A stretch of 64,000 bases of DNA from Minisyncoccota bacterium (GCA_031413715.1 JANOFO010000007.1:26338-90337); one strand, 5' to 3'. Shown: positions 29,928 through 40,582, counted from the stretch's first letter. Notes: generated by a model not told the origin, from the sequence alone. Numbers and translations are program-made.

Positions 29928-30347
29928 TTATATATTACTAGCTACAGTCTGTGCTATGTCAAGCATTTCTTTTTCGGAGAATTTCTGAAAAAAGCCTGGG
30001 GTTATAAAATCACCATGTCCGTCATTTTTATATCGTGGAATAAGCTGTACATGGGCATGGTGTACTTCATCACCGACTTGTGCTCCAATTACAAAATCCG
30101 TCTTAAAAGCTTTTTTTGTGGCGACTACGATTTTTTGTACAATTTCAAAATATTGACCGATATCAGGAGAATCCCAGACCCATCTGTAATGTTTTTTTGA
30201 TATCACCAGACTATGACCTTTTGTAAAAGGAAAAATGCTAAGGATCACGATATAATTCTCATCCTCCCAGATTTTATATGAAGGTGCTTCACCTCTTACT
30301 ATTTTACAAAAAATACAATCTTCCATATCATTTTTAATATCCATCAC
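29928..30347 (-). CDS. HIT-family nucleotide hydrolase
   Basis: CIFCKI, GHSLVI, VHHAHVQLIPR (HxHxQ variant). Confidence 0.88.
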   Translation of the reverse strand: MMDIKNDMEDCIFCKIVRGEAPSYKIWEDENYIVILSIFPFTKGHSLVISKKHYRWVWDSPDIGQYFEIVQKIVVATKKAFKTDFVIGAQVGDEVHHAHVQLIPRYKNDGHGDFITPGFFQKFSEKEMLDIAQTVASNI

Positions 30348-31683
30348 TATTTAATTTTTCATCAATACGGTTCATATCTCGCGGGAACATACATGCTTCA
30401 CGAATATTCTTTAACCCCAATAATTGCATGGTAATACGTTCAGCTCCAAAGGCAAAACCTCCTTCTGGCGGAACTCCGTATTTAAAAGCTTCAAGAAACA
30501 TCTTAACTTTGTTCGGATCCATATTCCAAATTTTCACATGCTCTTCTAGTTGCTTGTAGTCATTGATTCTACGTCCACCAGAAAGCCACTCTACTCCGCG
30601 ACAGATTAGATCCATCCCTTCATTGAATTCTGGTTTTTCAGGATTTGGATAGACATAAAAAGGTTTTTGCCTTGTTGGGTAGCCATAAATAAACACAAAG
30701 TCAGATCCAGTTTCTTCTTTTACGATTTCGCAAATTTCTCTTTCATCTTGAGGATTAGTATCTTTGTCACCTCGAACGTCTCTTCCAAATTTCTGGAATA
30801 TCTTTTCTTGAACTTCAGAGAGAGAATATGTCGGTGTCTTATCTATCATAACTGGTAAAGTTGCATCGAGGATTCTTAAATGATCTCCATTCTTAAGTTC
30901 TACTTGCTTTAGAATATGTCTGACAGTATTTTCTGCCATATCACGAATATCAGTCCATGAATCTATAAATGCCATCTCAGCATCAAGCGACACTATCTCT
31001 GTCAGATGTCTAGTCGTTGATGAAGGTTCTGCGCGGAAAACTTTATTGACCGAAAAACATCGCTCAAAAGCAGACATGACAATTTGCTTGTAAAGTTGCG
31101 GTGATTGTGTCAGATATGCTTTTTTCTCAAAATAGCTTACTTGGAAGACCTCCGCTCCGCCTTCAGCAGTTGCTGGAGTGATTGAAGGTGCTTGAAATTC
31201 GAAGAACATGTTCTGCTTCATGAATTCCCTAAACGAGTCAATAATTGTTTCTTGTACTTTGAAGATTGCTTGAACCCTTGGTTGTCTCAAAACGAGCGCA
31301 CGATTGTCCAACTCTGCTGTTAATTCCAAGTTATATCCATCAAAAGACATATCGAACGGAAGCGGAGCGGCTTGCGCTAAAATATCAACCTTTGTTATTT
31401 CTATTTCTATATCTCCATTCTGCACTCCTTCCTTTATGTTTTTTTCAGGTCTCTTATTGACAATACCCGTGAGTTTAAGCACCCACTCGATACGAACTTC
31501 TTTAACTTGCTCCATCGCATCTGTATGATTAGGCAAAACAACGCACTGAACTTTGCCTGTCATATCGCGCATATCCATGAATACTAGTTTGCCTTGGTCG
31601 CGACGGACATCCACCCAGCCTGCAATTCTGACTTCTTGCCCTACACGTGCTGTTAAATTTTTTATATATATTCTATCTTTCAT
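30334..31683 (-). CDS. aspS: Aspartate-tRNA ligase, short archaeal-type (probably non-discriminating)
   Basis: 449 aa with no GAD insertion; AEGGAEVF, YLTQSPQLYKQ, FRAE, GVPPEGGFAFGAER. Confidence 0.9.
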   Translation of the reverse strand: MKDRIYIKNLTARVGQEVRIAGWVDVRRDQGKLVFMDMRDMTGKVQCVVLPNHTDAMEQVKEVRIEWVLKLTGIVNKRPEKNIKEGVQNGDIEIEITKVDILAQAAPLPFDMSFDGYNLELTAELDNRALVLRQPRVQAIFKVQETIIDSFREFMKQNMFFEFQAPSITPATAEGGAEVFQVSYFEKKAYLTQSPQLYKQIVMSAFERCFSVNKVFRAEPSSTTRHLTEIVSLDAEMAFIDSWTDIRDMAENTVRHILKQVELKNGDHLRILDATLPVMIDKTPTYSLSEVQEKIFQKFGRDVRGDKDTNPQDEREICEIVKEETGSDFVFIYGYPTRQKPFYVYPNPEKPEFNEGMDLICRGVEWLSGGRRINDYKQLEEHVKIWNMDPNKVKMFLEAFKYGVPPEGGFAFGAERITMQLLGLKNIREACMFPRDMNRIDEKLNSDGY

Positions 31684-31733
31684 AATTTAATAGTTTAGAG
31701 AAAATAATATCATTATATTAGAGAAAAGAAAAG

Positions 31734-32006
31734 CTAGTGTATATTTTCCGTAATTACAAACTCATAAGGTGCAGAAACAATAAAGGTGATGCCGACCAGA
31801 AGCCAATAGATGGGAGTAAAAGCATAATAAACGATTTGATCTACTTTTTTCATATGGAAATACCATTTTTGTACGGCTGTATTGAGTGTATTGATCGGTA
31901 TGTATATTATCCCAAGCACAACAGTAAGAATAATACGGACGAATTTAACCGTCTTTATGAGAATGAAAGCAACGACGATAATTATAATCCAAGTTAATAG
32001 ACTCAT
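31734..32006 (-). CDS. Hypothetical small membrane protein
   Basis: Hydrophobic 90-aa ORF starting 6 nt after the trpS stop on the same strand. Confidence 0.6.
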   Translation of the reverse strand: MSLLTWIIIIVVAFILIKTVKFVRIILTVVLGIIYIPINTLNTAVQKWYFHMKKVDQIVYYAFTPIYWLLVGITFIVSAPYEFVITENIH

Positions 32007-32012
32007 AAAAAA

Positions 32013-32984
32013 CTATACAGTTACTCCTATATTGGTACGGACTATTTTCATTTTAGCTTCAGCGATTTTTTGTATTTTCTCGCCACCAGTTTTTAGTATA
32101 GTACGGACTTTATCTAGATCCTTCGCGTATATATCTCTCCTTTCGCGCATAGGTTTAATCAGAGTCAGAATTTCATCAAGTAACATTTCTTTTGACTCCT
32201 TATAGCCAATTCCGCCATTTGTGTATTTAGCACGCAGGACGTCAAGTTTTTCATTGTCTAAGAATAATTTATGTAATGCAAATATATTACAGGTATCTGG
32301 ATCTTTTGGTTCTTCTGGAGTTTTAGAATCAGTGACTATGCTCATGACGGCTTTTTTAATTTCTGCGTCAGTTCCAAATAATGGAATTGTATTACCATAA
32401 CTTTTTGACATCTTGCGACCATCAGTGCCTGGAACAACTGCTACATTTTCTAAAATCATTGGTTCAGGAAGTTTAAAAGTCTCGCCAAAAATATTATTGA
32501 ACTTTTGCGCCGTATCACGAGCATATTCTACATGTTGTTTTTGATCTTGTCCGACAGGCACTATATCTGGGTCCTGTATCAGAATATCAGAGGCCATAAG
32601 AATCGGATAATCAAAAAGTCCGACTGTAACTTCTTTTGCTTTCATGTGTGCATCTTTGTAAGAAGTAGCTCGCTCAAGATACGGCATTGTCGTAATGCAA
32701 TTAAAATACCAAGTAAGTTCCGTCACTTCTGGAATATCGGATTGCTTAAAGAGAATGACTTTCTCGGGATCAAGTCCACAAGCAATATAATCTAGGGCTA
32801 CATTGAGAATGCTTTCAGATAACTTCTCCTTGTTCTGGACTGTTGTAACAGCATGTAGATCGGCTATAAATATCCTAGCATCGTAATTATTCTGGAGTTC
32901 AACAAATTGGCGTATGGCCCCGAAGTAATTACCAATATGCATAGTGCCCGATGGTTGGATGCCGGAAAGTAAGACCTTTTTCAT
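32013..32984 (-). CDS. trpS: Tryptophan-tRNA ligase
   Basis: SGIQPSGTMHIGNY, VPVGQDQKQH, KMSKS; start at MKKVLL. Confidence 0.97.
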   Translation of the reverse strand: MKKVLLSGIQPSGTMHIGNYFGAIRQFVELQNNYDARIFIADLHAVTTVQNKEKLSESILNVALDYIACGLDPEKVILFKQSDIPEVTELTWYFNCITTMPYLERATSYKDAHMKAKEVTVGLFDYPILMASDILIQDPDIVPVGQDQKQHVEYARDTAQKFNNIFGETFKLPEPMILENVAVVPGTDGRKMSKSYGNTIPLFGTDAEIKKAVMSIVTDSKTPEEPKDPDTCNIFALHKLFLDNEKLDVLRAKYTNGGIGYKESKEMLLDEILTLIKPMRERRDIYAKDLDKVRTILKTGGEKIQKIAEAKMKIVRTNIGVTV

Positions 32985-33099
32985 ATAGTGCCATAATACC
33001 AAAAAAAGCCTAGTTTTGCACCTTTTCTCCCCATAGTTTTCCCAAAATTATGAATTTTGTAGGATTTATGGTTTTTTAGTTTGTGTTACAATAGGCCAT

Positions 33100-34503
33100 A
33101 TGCAAGAGATATCTAGAACTAAACAAAAATCCAATCTAAGAATACCGCCTCAAAGCGTGGACTCTGAAAAGGCAGTCCTTGGGTCTATCATGCTTCGCCC
33201 AGGAGCAATACATGAAATCAATGATATTATTAGCATCGATTCTTTCTACGCATCAAAGCACTCTCAAATTTATAAAATAATGCTCGAGCTCTCAAGTAAA
33301 GGTGAGCCGATCGATATACTTTCCGTGTCACATAAATTAACCGAGAAAGGATTGCTCGATCAGGTAGGTGGAGCAAGTTACTTGAGTGAACTTACAAATG
33401 CAGTACCTTCTTCAACAAACATAAAGCACTATACAGATATAGTGGCTAAAAAAAATATTCTCCGTAAAATTATCGAAGCGGGAGTAGATATTTCTGAGCT
33501 TGGTTTTCGTGAAGACGTAGAAGATGTTTTTGATATACTTGATCAAGCTGAGAAACGTATGATGGGTATCAATAGCGGCGTAGGTTCTCATACATTTACC
33601 CCACTTAAAGATAGCCTACCTGAAGCATGGGAGCGTCTAGAGAGACTTCATGAAAGCAAAGGCGAGCTTAGAGGAGTACCGACAGGATTTCACGACCTTG
33701 ATCAATATCTATCAGGCTTGCAAAAATCAGACCTAATCATTATTGCTGCGAGACCTTCTATGGGTAAGACAACACTTGCTCTTGATATTGCCAGGCAAGC
33801 TGCGCTAAATCATGGGACACCAACCGTAATATTTTCTCTTGAAATGAGTACACAACAACTTGTAGATCGAATGCTTGCTGCTCAATCTCGCGTTAACGCA
33901 TGGAATCTACGTACAGGAAATCTATCTGCTGAAAACGAGTTTTCAAAGATCCGTGATTCACTCGATAAGCTTTCTCGTGCGCCAATATTCGTCGATGATA
34001 TGGCCGGTAACTCCATCGTGCGTATGCGCTCAGTATGCCGTCGTATTCGTGCCGAGCATGGGATTGGTATGATCATTGTAGACTATTTACAACTCATGTC
34101 TACATCTAAGAATTACGACAGCATGGTGAACCAAGTGACAGAAATATCTCGCTCATTGAAAGCTCTTGCTAAAGAGTTTGATGTGCCGGTCGTTGCGCTT
34201 TCACAGCTCTCCCGTGCCGTTGAATCCCGAGGTGGCAGGCCTCGCTTATCTGATTTGCGAGATTCTGGATCTATCGAACAGGATGCTGATGTCGTTATGT
34301 TCCTTCATCGCGAAGACAAAGGCAAGGATGAATCAGAGCGTACTGATATAGTGGAGATATTGATAGAAAAGCATCGTAATGGACCAGTCGGAAAAGTCGA
34401 GCTATACTTTGACCAGAAATTAACAACATTTATGAATATGCAGAAAAGCAACCTCAATGATTTTGCCCCATCACGCGAGATTGGCGGCGTGGATCAATTC
34501 TAG
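33100..34503 (+). CDS. dnaB: Replicative DNA helicase
   Basis: AARPSMGKT, FSLEMS, IVDYLQL, LSQLSR, DLRDSGSIEQDAD; no intein. Confidence 0.98.
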   Translation: MQEISRTKQKSNLRIPPQSVDSEKAVLGSIMLRPGAIHEINDIISIDSFYASKHSQIYKIMLELSSKGEPIDILSVSHKLTEKGLLDQVGGASYLSELTNAVPSSTNIKHYTDIVAKKNILRKIIEAGVDISELGFREDVEDVFDILDQAEKRMMGINSGVGSHTFTPLKDSLPEAWERLERLHESKGELRGVPTGFHDLDQYLSGLQKSDLIIIAARPSMGKTTLALDIARQAALNHGTPTVIFSLEMSTQQLVDRMLAAQSRVNAWNLRTGNLSAENEFSKIRDSLDKLSRAPIFVDDMAGNSIVRMRSVCRRIRAEHGIGMIIVDYLQLMSTSKNYDSMVNQVTEISRSLKALAKEFDVPVVALSQLSRAVESRGGRPRLSDLRDSGSIEQDADVVMFLHREDKGKDESERTDIVEILIEKHRNGPVGKVELYFDQKLTTFMNMQKSNLNDFAPSREIGGVDQF

Positions 34504-34504
34504 T

Positions 34505-35119
34505 ATGAATACTATTGAGGAGCTCGCAAAATATTTTAAAGAATTTCCTGGTATTGGTGAGCGTCAAGCAAAGCGTTTTGTTTATTTTCTACTGCATAAG
34601 AATCCAAACTACGTAAAAGAGCTAGGTGATAAAATTTTGACTCTGAAAAATTCTATCAAGCAGTGTCCCTCTTGTTTTTTATTTTTCCAAAGTGTTGGTG
34701 CTAACCTTTGCGATACTTGCATTAACTTAAAAACCGATAGAACTTCCCTTCTGATTATTGAAAAAGATGCTGACTATGAGAGTATCAAGAGAAGTAAAAC
34801 ATATGATGGTATGTATTTTATACTTGGTGGCCTTGTGCCGATTGTCACAAAAGATACATCGAGCTTTATACGAATAAAGGAACTTCTAAAAACTGTCGAA
34901 GGGAGAAGTAAAAAAGACGAATTGAAGGAAGTCGTTATCGCGCTATCACTCAACCCTCAAGGTGAACACACTGATATATATCTGCGAGAAATTCTTGCAC
35001 CATTTCAAAAGACCTATAACTTTACTATCGTCTCTCTCGGCCGAGGGCTTTCTACTGGTACTGAGCTTGAATACTCGGATAGCGAGACAATAAAGAATGC
35101 ACTGAGAAATCGGTCATAA
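34505..35119 (+). CDS. recR: Recombination mediator RecR
   Basis: FPGIGERQAKR, C4 zinc finger, TOPRIM domain, LGRGLSTGTELEYSD; start at MNTIEEL. Confidence 0.93.
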   Translation: MNTIEELAKYFKEFPGIGERQAKRFVYFLLHKNPNYVKELGDKILTLKNSIKQCPSCFLFFQSVGANLCDTCINLKTDRTSLLIIEKDADYESIKRSKTYDGMYFILGGLVPIVTKDTSSFIRIKELLKTVEGRSKKDELKEVVIALSLNPQGEHTDIYLREILAPFQKTYNFTIVSLGRGLSTGTELEYSDSETIKNALRNRS

Positions 35120-35183
35120 AAAGAAATAGCCACAATGACATTTTATAATCAATTATGGCTATTCTTTTTAATATCTTCAGTTT

Positions 35184-35498
35184 TTAGACTGCAATATTCA
35201 TTTGGCGTAGTTTTATGACCAAACCTTTGGCTGCTGCTTCTTTCATTTTCTTACTGTCTTTTTGGTTTGAAACCACCGAAAAATAAATTACATCTGCTTT
35301 GACTTGCCCTGGTGGGGCAACAAAGACTTGTGCTTCTATCAAAAAGTTTGTAACCCATCCATGGCCAGATACATGGCCTTTTGGATTGGTTATTACGAAG
35401 GTAAAATTTTCTCCGAATTTCTTTTGTAGAAGATCTTTAAAGCTTTGCTGAGCATCTGATTGTTTTTTCAGATATGCTGTCGTTTTTTTACGTTTCAT
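35184..35498 (-). CDS. Hypothetical basic protein
   Basis: ORF from MKRKKTTAY; hairpin terminator between it and recR. Confidence 0.5.
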   Translation of the reverse strand: MKRKKTTAYLKKQSDAQQSFKDLLQKKFGENFTFVITNPKGHVSGHGWVTNFLIEAQVFVAPPGQVKADVIYFSVVSNQKDSKKMKEAAAKGLVIKLRQMNIAV

Positions 35499-35665
35499 AA
35501 TAAGAAATTTTTGTTTACAATTTATTTTCAAAATAAAGTTAACATTAAATCCTGAAAATGTCAACATGCAATTAGGGTGGGAATTCACTTTCAAATAATT
35601 GACTTTTTTGCTATGCATGTTATTATATCTGCGACAGCGTATTTTTAACAAAAAAAACCAATCAT

Positions 35666-35980
35666 ATGCAAAATGTTCTTGTTATATTTTCGAGTTCATC
35701 GGCCGTTTCATCTCTTAATTTGATCACCAAATTAATGCAGGAAATCAGCCCGACCACTCAAATAGTAGGTGTTACAGAGAAAGACATCCTGACAAAAGAA
35801 AAGATTGAAGAGCAAGATGTTATAGTCTGTTTTACTTCAAGTTTAGCATCACTCCAAACAATGGAGAATTTTGCTAAAGCAATAAAAACTAATCATCAAA
35901 AAGTTATCACTGCTGGGATGAGGAAAGGGGTTGATTTGGAACTCCCCATTACAAAAGAAAAATTATTTAGCGCATTATGA
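35666..35980 (+). CDS. Hypothetical protein, possibly a degenerate receiver-like fold
   Basis: 104 aa with alternating beta/alpha pattern; own promoter-like TTGACT...TGTTATTAT and terminator. Confidence 0.55.
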   Translation: MQNVLVIFSSSSAVSSLNLITKLMQEISPTTQIVGVTEKDILTKEKIEEQDVIVCFTSSLASLQTMENFAKAIKTNHQKVITAGMRKGVDLELPITKEKLFSAL

Positions 35981-35999
35981 TACAATAATGCCATAAACA

Positions 36000-36031
36000 A
36001 AAAGCCATCCAGTTCAATTTGGATGGCTTTT
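36000..36031. terminator. Bidirectional intrinsic terminator
   Basis: aaaagccatcca...tggatggctttt. Confidence 0.75.
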
Positions 36032-36393
36032 TATTTTATAGCTGAGATTTTGACTTCTATGAATGGCTGACGATGGCCATTACGCTTGAGATAACGGCTC
36101 TTTTGCTTAAATTTGACGACTTTGACTGTTTTACCTCGGCCATGTCGCTGAAAAAGAGATTCAACTTTCGCAGAAGTTATGTATGGAGAGCCAATGGTAG
36201 TGTCCGAGCCATCGTCCACAAGAAGTACTTTGTCAAAGACGATCTTGTCTCCTATTGCAAATTTACCGTCCAGTTTTTCCACCTTCAATACATCCCCGAC
36301 AGCAACCTTATATTGCTTGCCTCCTGTTTCAATTACAGCAAATTCTGTACTTGCTGGCTTTACCTTTTTAGTTGTAGTTTTTGCTGTAGCCAT
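36031..36393 (-). CDS. rplU: 50S ribosomal protein L21
   Basis: FAVIETGGKQYKV, GHRQPF. Confidence 0.97.
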   Translation of the reverse strand: MATAKTTTKKVKPASTEFAVIETGGKQYKVAVGDVLKVEKLDGKFAIGDKIVFDKVLLVDDGSDTTIGSPYITSAKVESLFQRHGRGKTVKVVKFKQKSRYLKRNGHRQPFIEVKISAIK

Positions 36394-36468
36394 ATAGATG
36401 GATTTCCACAGCCCATATAATACACAAAAGTTTCAAAATATGCAAGTGGAGTGCTATACTTAACTAAT

Positions 36469-37377
36469 ATGATATCTAAATATACCTATAAGGGTTTAAC
36501 CTGGGTTGACCTTGAATCTCCAACAGAGGAAGAGCTCGTGCATGTTATGGAAGAGTATGCGATACCAGTCCTGGTGGGCGAAGAAATGCATACAAAAAGC
36601 TTCCAGTCTAAAATTGATATCTATCCCACATTTATATATCTTATTCTGAACTTTCCTCAACTTTCACATAAAGGTACACGAAGCATGGAACAAGAGATAG
36701 ATTTTGTCGTCGGCACTAACTTCATCATTACAACTCACTACGAATTCATTGACTCACTCCATGAATTCTCAAAAACATTTGAAGTAGATGCTATACTCGA
36801 AAAGCGGATGGATATAGATCATGCAGGTTTTTTATTCTTTCATTTGATCAAAGCCCTCTATCTTCACTCTCGTTACCAACTCAATGATATCAATTTACTG
36901 CTCAAAGATGCAGAGCGGAAAATATTTGAAGGTAATGAGAGCGGAATGGTTGCGACAATATCAGAAATTAATCGTACACTCCTTGATTTTCGCCAAGCGC
37001 TCCGGTTTCACAAAGAAGTATTGAATTCTTTTGAAATAGGAGCAAAGCAGTTCTACGGGGAAAACTTTAGTTTTTATGTTTCATCCATTATCAGTGAATA
37101 TAACAAGACACAAGCAATCCTTGATAGCCATAAAGAAATACTCGATGATCTGCGTGACACCAATGACTCCTTGCTTGCAAGTAAAAGTACTCAGACTATT
37201 ACAATTCTGACTTTGATTACTTTTCTAACTTCTCCGATTATTCTTATATCTAGTATTTTTGTAATGGATACTAGTTTCATTAAAGAACGGCCAACTGAAT
37301 TTTATTCTATAATTGGGGTCATGGTACTGATAAGCGTTGTGGCATTTATCTATTCTAAATACAAGAAATGGCTTTAA
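36469..37377 (+). CDS. corA: CorA-family divalent cation transporter
   Basis: TWVDLESPT, two C-terminal TM helices, KKW end; the GMN signature reads VMD. Confidence 0.8.
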   Translation: MISKYTYKGLTWVDLESPTEEELVHVMEEYAIPVLVGEEMHTKSFQSKIDIYPTFIYLILNFPQLSHKGTRSMEQEIDFVVGTNFIITTHYEFIDSLHEFSKTFEVDAILEKRMDIDHAGFLFFHLIKALYLHSRYQLNDINLLLKDAERKIFEGNESGMVATISEINRTLLDFRQALRFHKEVLNSFEIGAKQFYGENFSFYVSSIISEYNKTQAILDSHKEILDDLRDTNDSLLASKSTQTITILTLITFLTSPIILISSIFVMDTSFIKERPTEFYSIIGVMVLISVVAFIYSKYKKWL

Positions 37378-38750
37378 AAATATTCAATACGCTCACACGT
37401 CAAAAAGAAGAATTTGTCCCTCTCAATGGAAACTCTGTGGGTCTCTATACCTGCGGGCCAACAGTATATAACTACCCTCACATAGGTAACTATCGTGCAT
37501 ATATTTTTGGAGATACTCTAAAAAGATATCTAATGTACTGTGGATATCAGGTTGAACATATTATGAATATCACTGATATCGATGATAAAACTATTCGAGA
37601 TTCTATTGCAAGTGGTAAAACATTAAAAGAATTCACTGAATTTTATACAGAAGAATTTTATAAAGATAGAGACGCTCTTCATATTATATCTGCTCAAAAA
37701 TATACAAAGGCAACAGATTACGTGAAAGAAATGTTGGAGCTAACCGAAAAACTTATTGATAATGGTCACGCATATATAGCTGATGATGGATCGGCGTATT
37801 TCTCAATAGAAAAAGACCCAGATTATGGAAAACTTTCATATTTTACATTGTCAGATCTTAAACAAAATGCCAAAGGTAGAATGAAAAAAGATGAGTATGA
37901 TAAGGATAATGCGCAGGATTTTGCTCTTTGGAAAGCCTGGGATGAGAACGATGGTGACGTGTTCTGGAACCCAAATGAGCTTCTTGGCAGAGAAACCAAA
38001 CTAATTAAAGGGCGCCCCGGCTGGCACATTGAATGTTCTGCGATGAGTATGAAAGAACTAGGAGAAAGTTTTGATTTACATACAGGTGGCGTCGACAACA
38101 TGTTCCCTCATCACGAGAATGAGATTGCACAATCAGAATGCGCGACGGATAAACCATTTGTAAAATATTGGATGCATAACGAACATTTGATGGTAGATGG
38201 CAAGAAAATGGCAAAATCTCTCGGAAATTTTTATACCCTGCGTGATCTAATTGATAAGGGAATCAACCCTCTTGCATTTCGCTATTGGCTTTATACAGGT
38301 CATTATGGTACTAAGGTAAATTTTACGCTTGAGGCTGTCCTCGGCTCACAAACTGCACTTACAAGACTATCTAACGCATTTAAAGAGCTTGGAGATAGAG
38401 TCGGAACGATACACCAGAACTATAAAGAGAAATTCATAATCCATATGGATGATAACCTTAATACTCCATCAGCATTAGCAGTACTTTGGGATGTCGTAAA
38501 AGATACTTCTCTTTCCAACGAAGATAAGAAGGCGACAATGCTTGATTTTGATCAAGTGCTTGGATTTGGATTTCAAGATCTAAAGGAGGAATCAGTACCG
38601 AAAGAAATCCAATTGCTTGTCGACCAGAGACAGCAAGTTCGTAAAAATAAAGATTGGGCAAAGAGTGACGAGCTACGGGACAAGATAAAAGACCTAGGGT
38701 ATAAAATCAAGGATACAGACGAAAGTTATAAAATTTCTAGGATTATTTAA
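37368..38750 (+). CDS. cysS: Cysteine-tRNA ligase
   Basis: CGPTVYNYPHIGN, DFALWK, GRPGWHIECSAM, KMAKSLGN. Confidence 0.97.
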   Translation: MALKIFNTLTRQKEEFVPLNGNSVGLYTCGPTVYNYPHIGNYRAYIFGDTLKRYLMYCGYQVEHIMNITDIDDKTIRDSIASGKTLKEFTEFYTEEFYKDRDALHIISAQKYTKATDYVKEMLELTEKLIDNGHAYIADDGSAYFSIEKDPDYGKLSYFTLSDLKQNAKGRMKKDEYDKDNAQDFALWKAWDENDGDVFWNPNELLGRETKLIKGRPGWHIECSAMSMKELGESFDLHTGGVDNMFPHHENEIAQSECATDKPFVKYWMHNEHLMVDGKKMAKSLGNFYTLRDLIDKGINPLAFRYWLYTGHYGTKVNFTLEAVLGSQTALTRLSNAFKELGDRVGTIHQNYKEKFIIHMDDNLNTPSALAVLWDVVKDTSLSNEDKKATMLDFDQVLGFGFQDLKEESVPKEIQLLVDQRQQVRKNKDWAKSDELRDKIKDLGYKIKDTDESYKISRII

Positions 38751-40425
38751 TTGTATTTTGGGCGTCTAGAGTAAAACTAAATGTTGATCCTTTGCCGAGA
38801 CCTTCCGATGTCACATCGACAGTTCCATTGTGAGCTTCGATAACCTCCTTGGCAAGATATAGTCCGAGACCAGAACCGCCGGTATTCATCCGAGCACCAT
38901 CCCCACGGGCAAATTTTTGGAATAATGTAGCCTTTATATCCGGAGTCATACCCATGCCAGTATCGCGAACTGCAAATATCACCTTGCCATTTATCTTATT
39001 TACCGATACATTGACTGTTCCATCTTTTGTATATTTTATTGAGTTATCGATAAAGTTTAGAACTACCTGACGAATCTTTTCTCTATCACCGTTTACCATA
39101 CATTGTTCATCATTGTCTGATTCAAAATTCAATTTCAAACCTTTCTGACTAGCAGTAATAGAAAGATCCCGAGACATATCGCGGGCTATCTCAGCTACGC
39201 TAAACGGTGCCATTTCATACTTCATACCCCCTGCTTCAATTTTAGAAACATTGAGAAAATCCTCAACAATTTTAGTCAGATTCATTGTCGACTGGAAGAT
39301 GCGCTCGATGGCATCTTTTGCTTTTGGATTAATTTCTCCATAATCCCCTTCGATTAACATGGACGAATATCCTTTAATGGCAGTCAGGGGGCTTCGCAAC
39401 TGATGAGAAGCAAGAGAGAGGAATTCAGTCTTGAGCTTATCGAGCCCTTTTAGCTTCTCATTTGCCTCAAATAATTGATCGGAAAGTATCTGCAACTGTT
39501 CACGTTGCATGACTTCTTTTCGTACGCTTTTTATTAGATTATGTCCTAGCACCAGTACAAATAAAAGTGTGAACGCAACGACTAGTTTAACATTATCAAT
39601 ATTCCTTATAAAAGCGATTGCCAGTACCAAGAAACCTAGAGCAACTACCAGAACTTGAGCTCCAAGTAATTTCATATTAAAAGTCTTAAATTTTACAATC
39701 ATATACGCAAGGAAAGCTACGAAGATAGGCATGCCAAAAATGCCTATTTGTGCTAATGACCAATTATCAGTTAAGCTTCCAACAATATTTCCTGATGCAA
39801 GGGAAAATAAGAACAATATAATTCCAGTTGTAATAAAGAAAATCTGACGCTTATCTTCTTTCGTTGCATTTGGATATTTATCAAAGGTGATAAATAATAT
39901 CCATAGTACATATAATATTTCTATTGCATATCCATATATTGTAATTGGTCCTTCTGTGACCTCTCTGTAACAATTAGTTAGGTCAAAACCTAATAGTGCA
40001 AATTTTGATGATGCAAATATAAGGGTTGGTATTAGGAAGATTGAAATACCTATTTTTTTATTCAAAGATATATCTTTTTTCGCAATAAATACATAAATAA
40101 AATAAACACATGCTGCATAAATTATTGGTTCAATTATTACCAATAGTGACCAAAAAAACATTTGTAAATCTGGCTTTTCGTTTGCCCATAGCGCTAAATC
40201 TGCAAAAACCCACAATGAAAATGTATTGGTGATAAAGAATAAAATTTTATTAGTTAAGGATTTCCTATCATTTAAATAAATAAACAGGCCAATCAAAAAA
40301 GATGGTATCAGAGCAAAAAAATGTGAGTAGTATATAAGTGGGCCAAAAACATTATCAGAGAAAATTAAAAATCGCGCAGGGTCCCAATTGCACATAGATA
40401 TAAATGTTTGAATTGAAGTTTCCAT
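38743..40425 (-). CDS. Membrane sensor histidine kinase (multi-TM input, HisKA, HATPase_c)
   Basis: About 8-9 TM helices, H-box ASHQLRSPLTAIKGY, N-box NFIDNSIKY, DTGMG, GSGLGL. Confidence 0.93.
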   Translation of the reverse strand: METSIQTFISMCNWDPARFLIFSDNVFGPLIYYSHFFALIPSFLIGLFIYLNDRKSLTNKILFFITNTFSLWVFADLALWANEKPDLQMFFWSLLVIIEPIIYAACVYFIYVFIAKKDISLNKKIGISIFLIPTLIFASSKFALLGFDLTNCYREVTEGPITIYGYAIEILYVLWILFITFDKYPNATKEDKRQIFFITTGIILFLFSLASGNIVGSLTDNWSLAQIGIFGMPIFVAFLAYMIVKFKTFNMKLLGAQVLVVALGFLVLAIAFIRNIDNVKLVVAFTLLFVLVLGHNLIKSVRKEVMQREQLQILSDQLFEANEKLKGLDKLKTEFLSLASHQLRSPLTAIKGYSSMLIEGDYGEINPKAKDAIERIFQSTMNLTKIVEDFLNVSKIEAGGMKYEMAPFSVAEIARDMSRDLSITASQKGLKLNFESDNDEQCMVNGDREKIRQVVLNFIDNSIKYTKDGTVNVSVNKINGKVIFAVRDTGMGMTPDIKATLFQKFARGDGARMNTGGSGLGLYLAKEVIEAHNGTVDVTSEGLGKGSTFSFTLDAQNTIK

Positions 40426-40432
40426 TTCTTGG

Positions 40433-40582
40433 CTATTCTTCTAGTAAAGACTGATTAAAAGCTTCTTTATCTGTAAAAATTCTAAAGTCTTTTTTGATAA
40501 CAAAAGTGTAATACGAAAAAATTATTGAAAAAAGTACCGAAATACATAAAATAACAAAGAATTTTTTTGATTTTTTATCCAT
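40433..40582 (-). CDS. 49-aa single-TM microprotein between SET and the kinase
   Basis: MDKKSKKFFVILCISVLFSIIFSYYTFVIKKDFRIFTDKEAFNQSLLEE; start overlaps the SET stop by 8 nt, stop lies 7 nt before the kinase ATG. Confidence 0.65.
   Translation of the reverse strand: MDKKSKKFFVILCISVLFSIIFSYYTFVIKKDFRIFTDKEAFNQSLLEE

Noticed and set aside
32985-33099. Replication origin at the trpS/dnaB strand switch
   Set aside because: No TTATCCACA box cluster; the spacer is short and explained by two divergent promoters.
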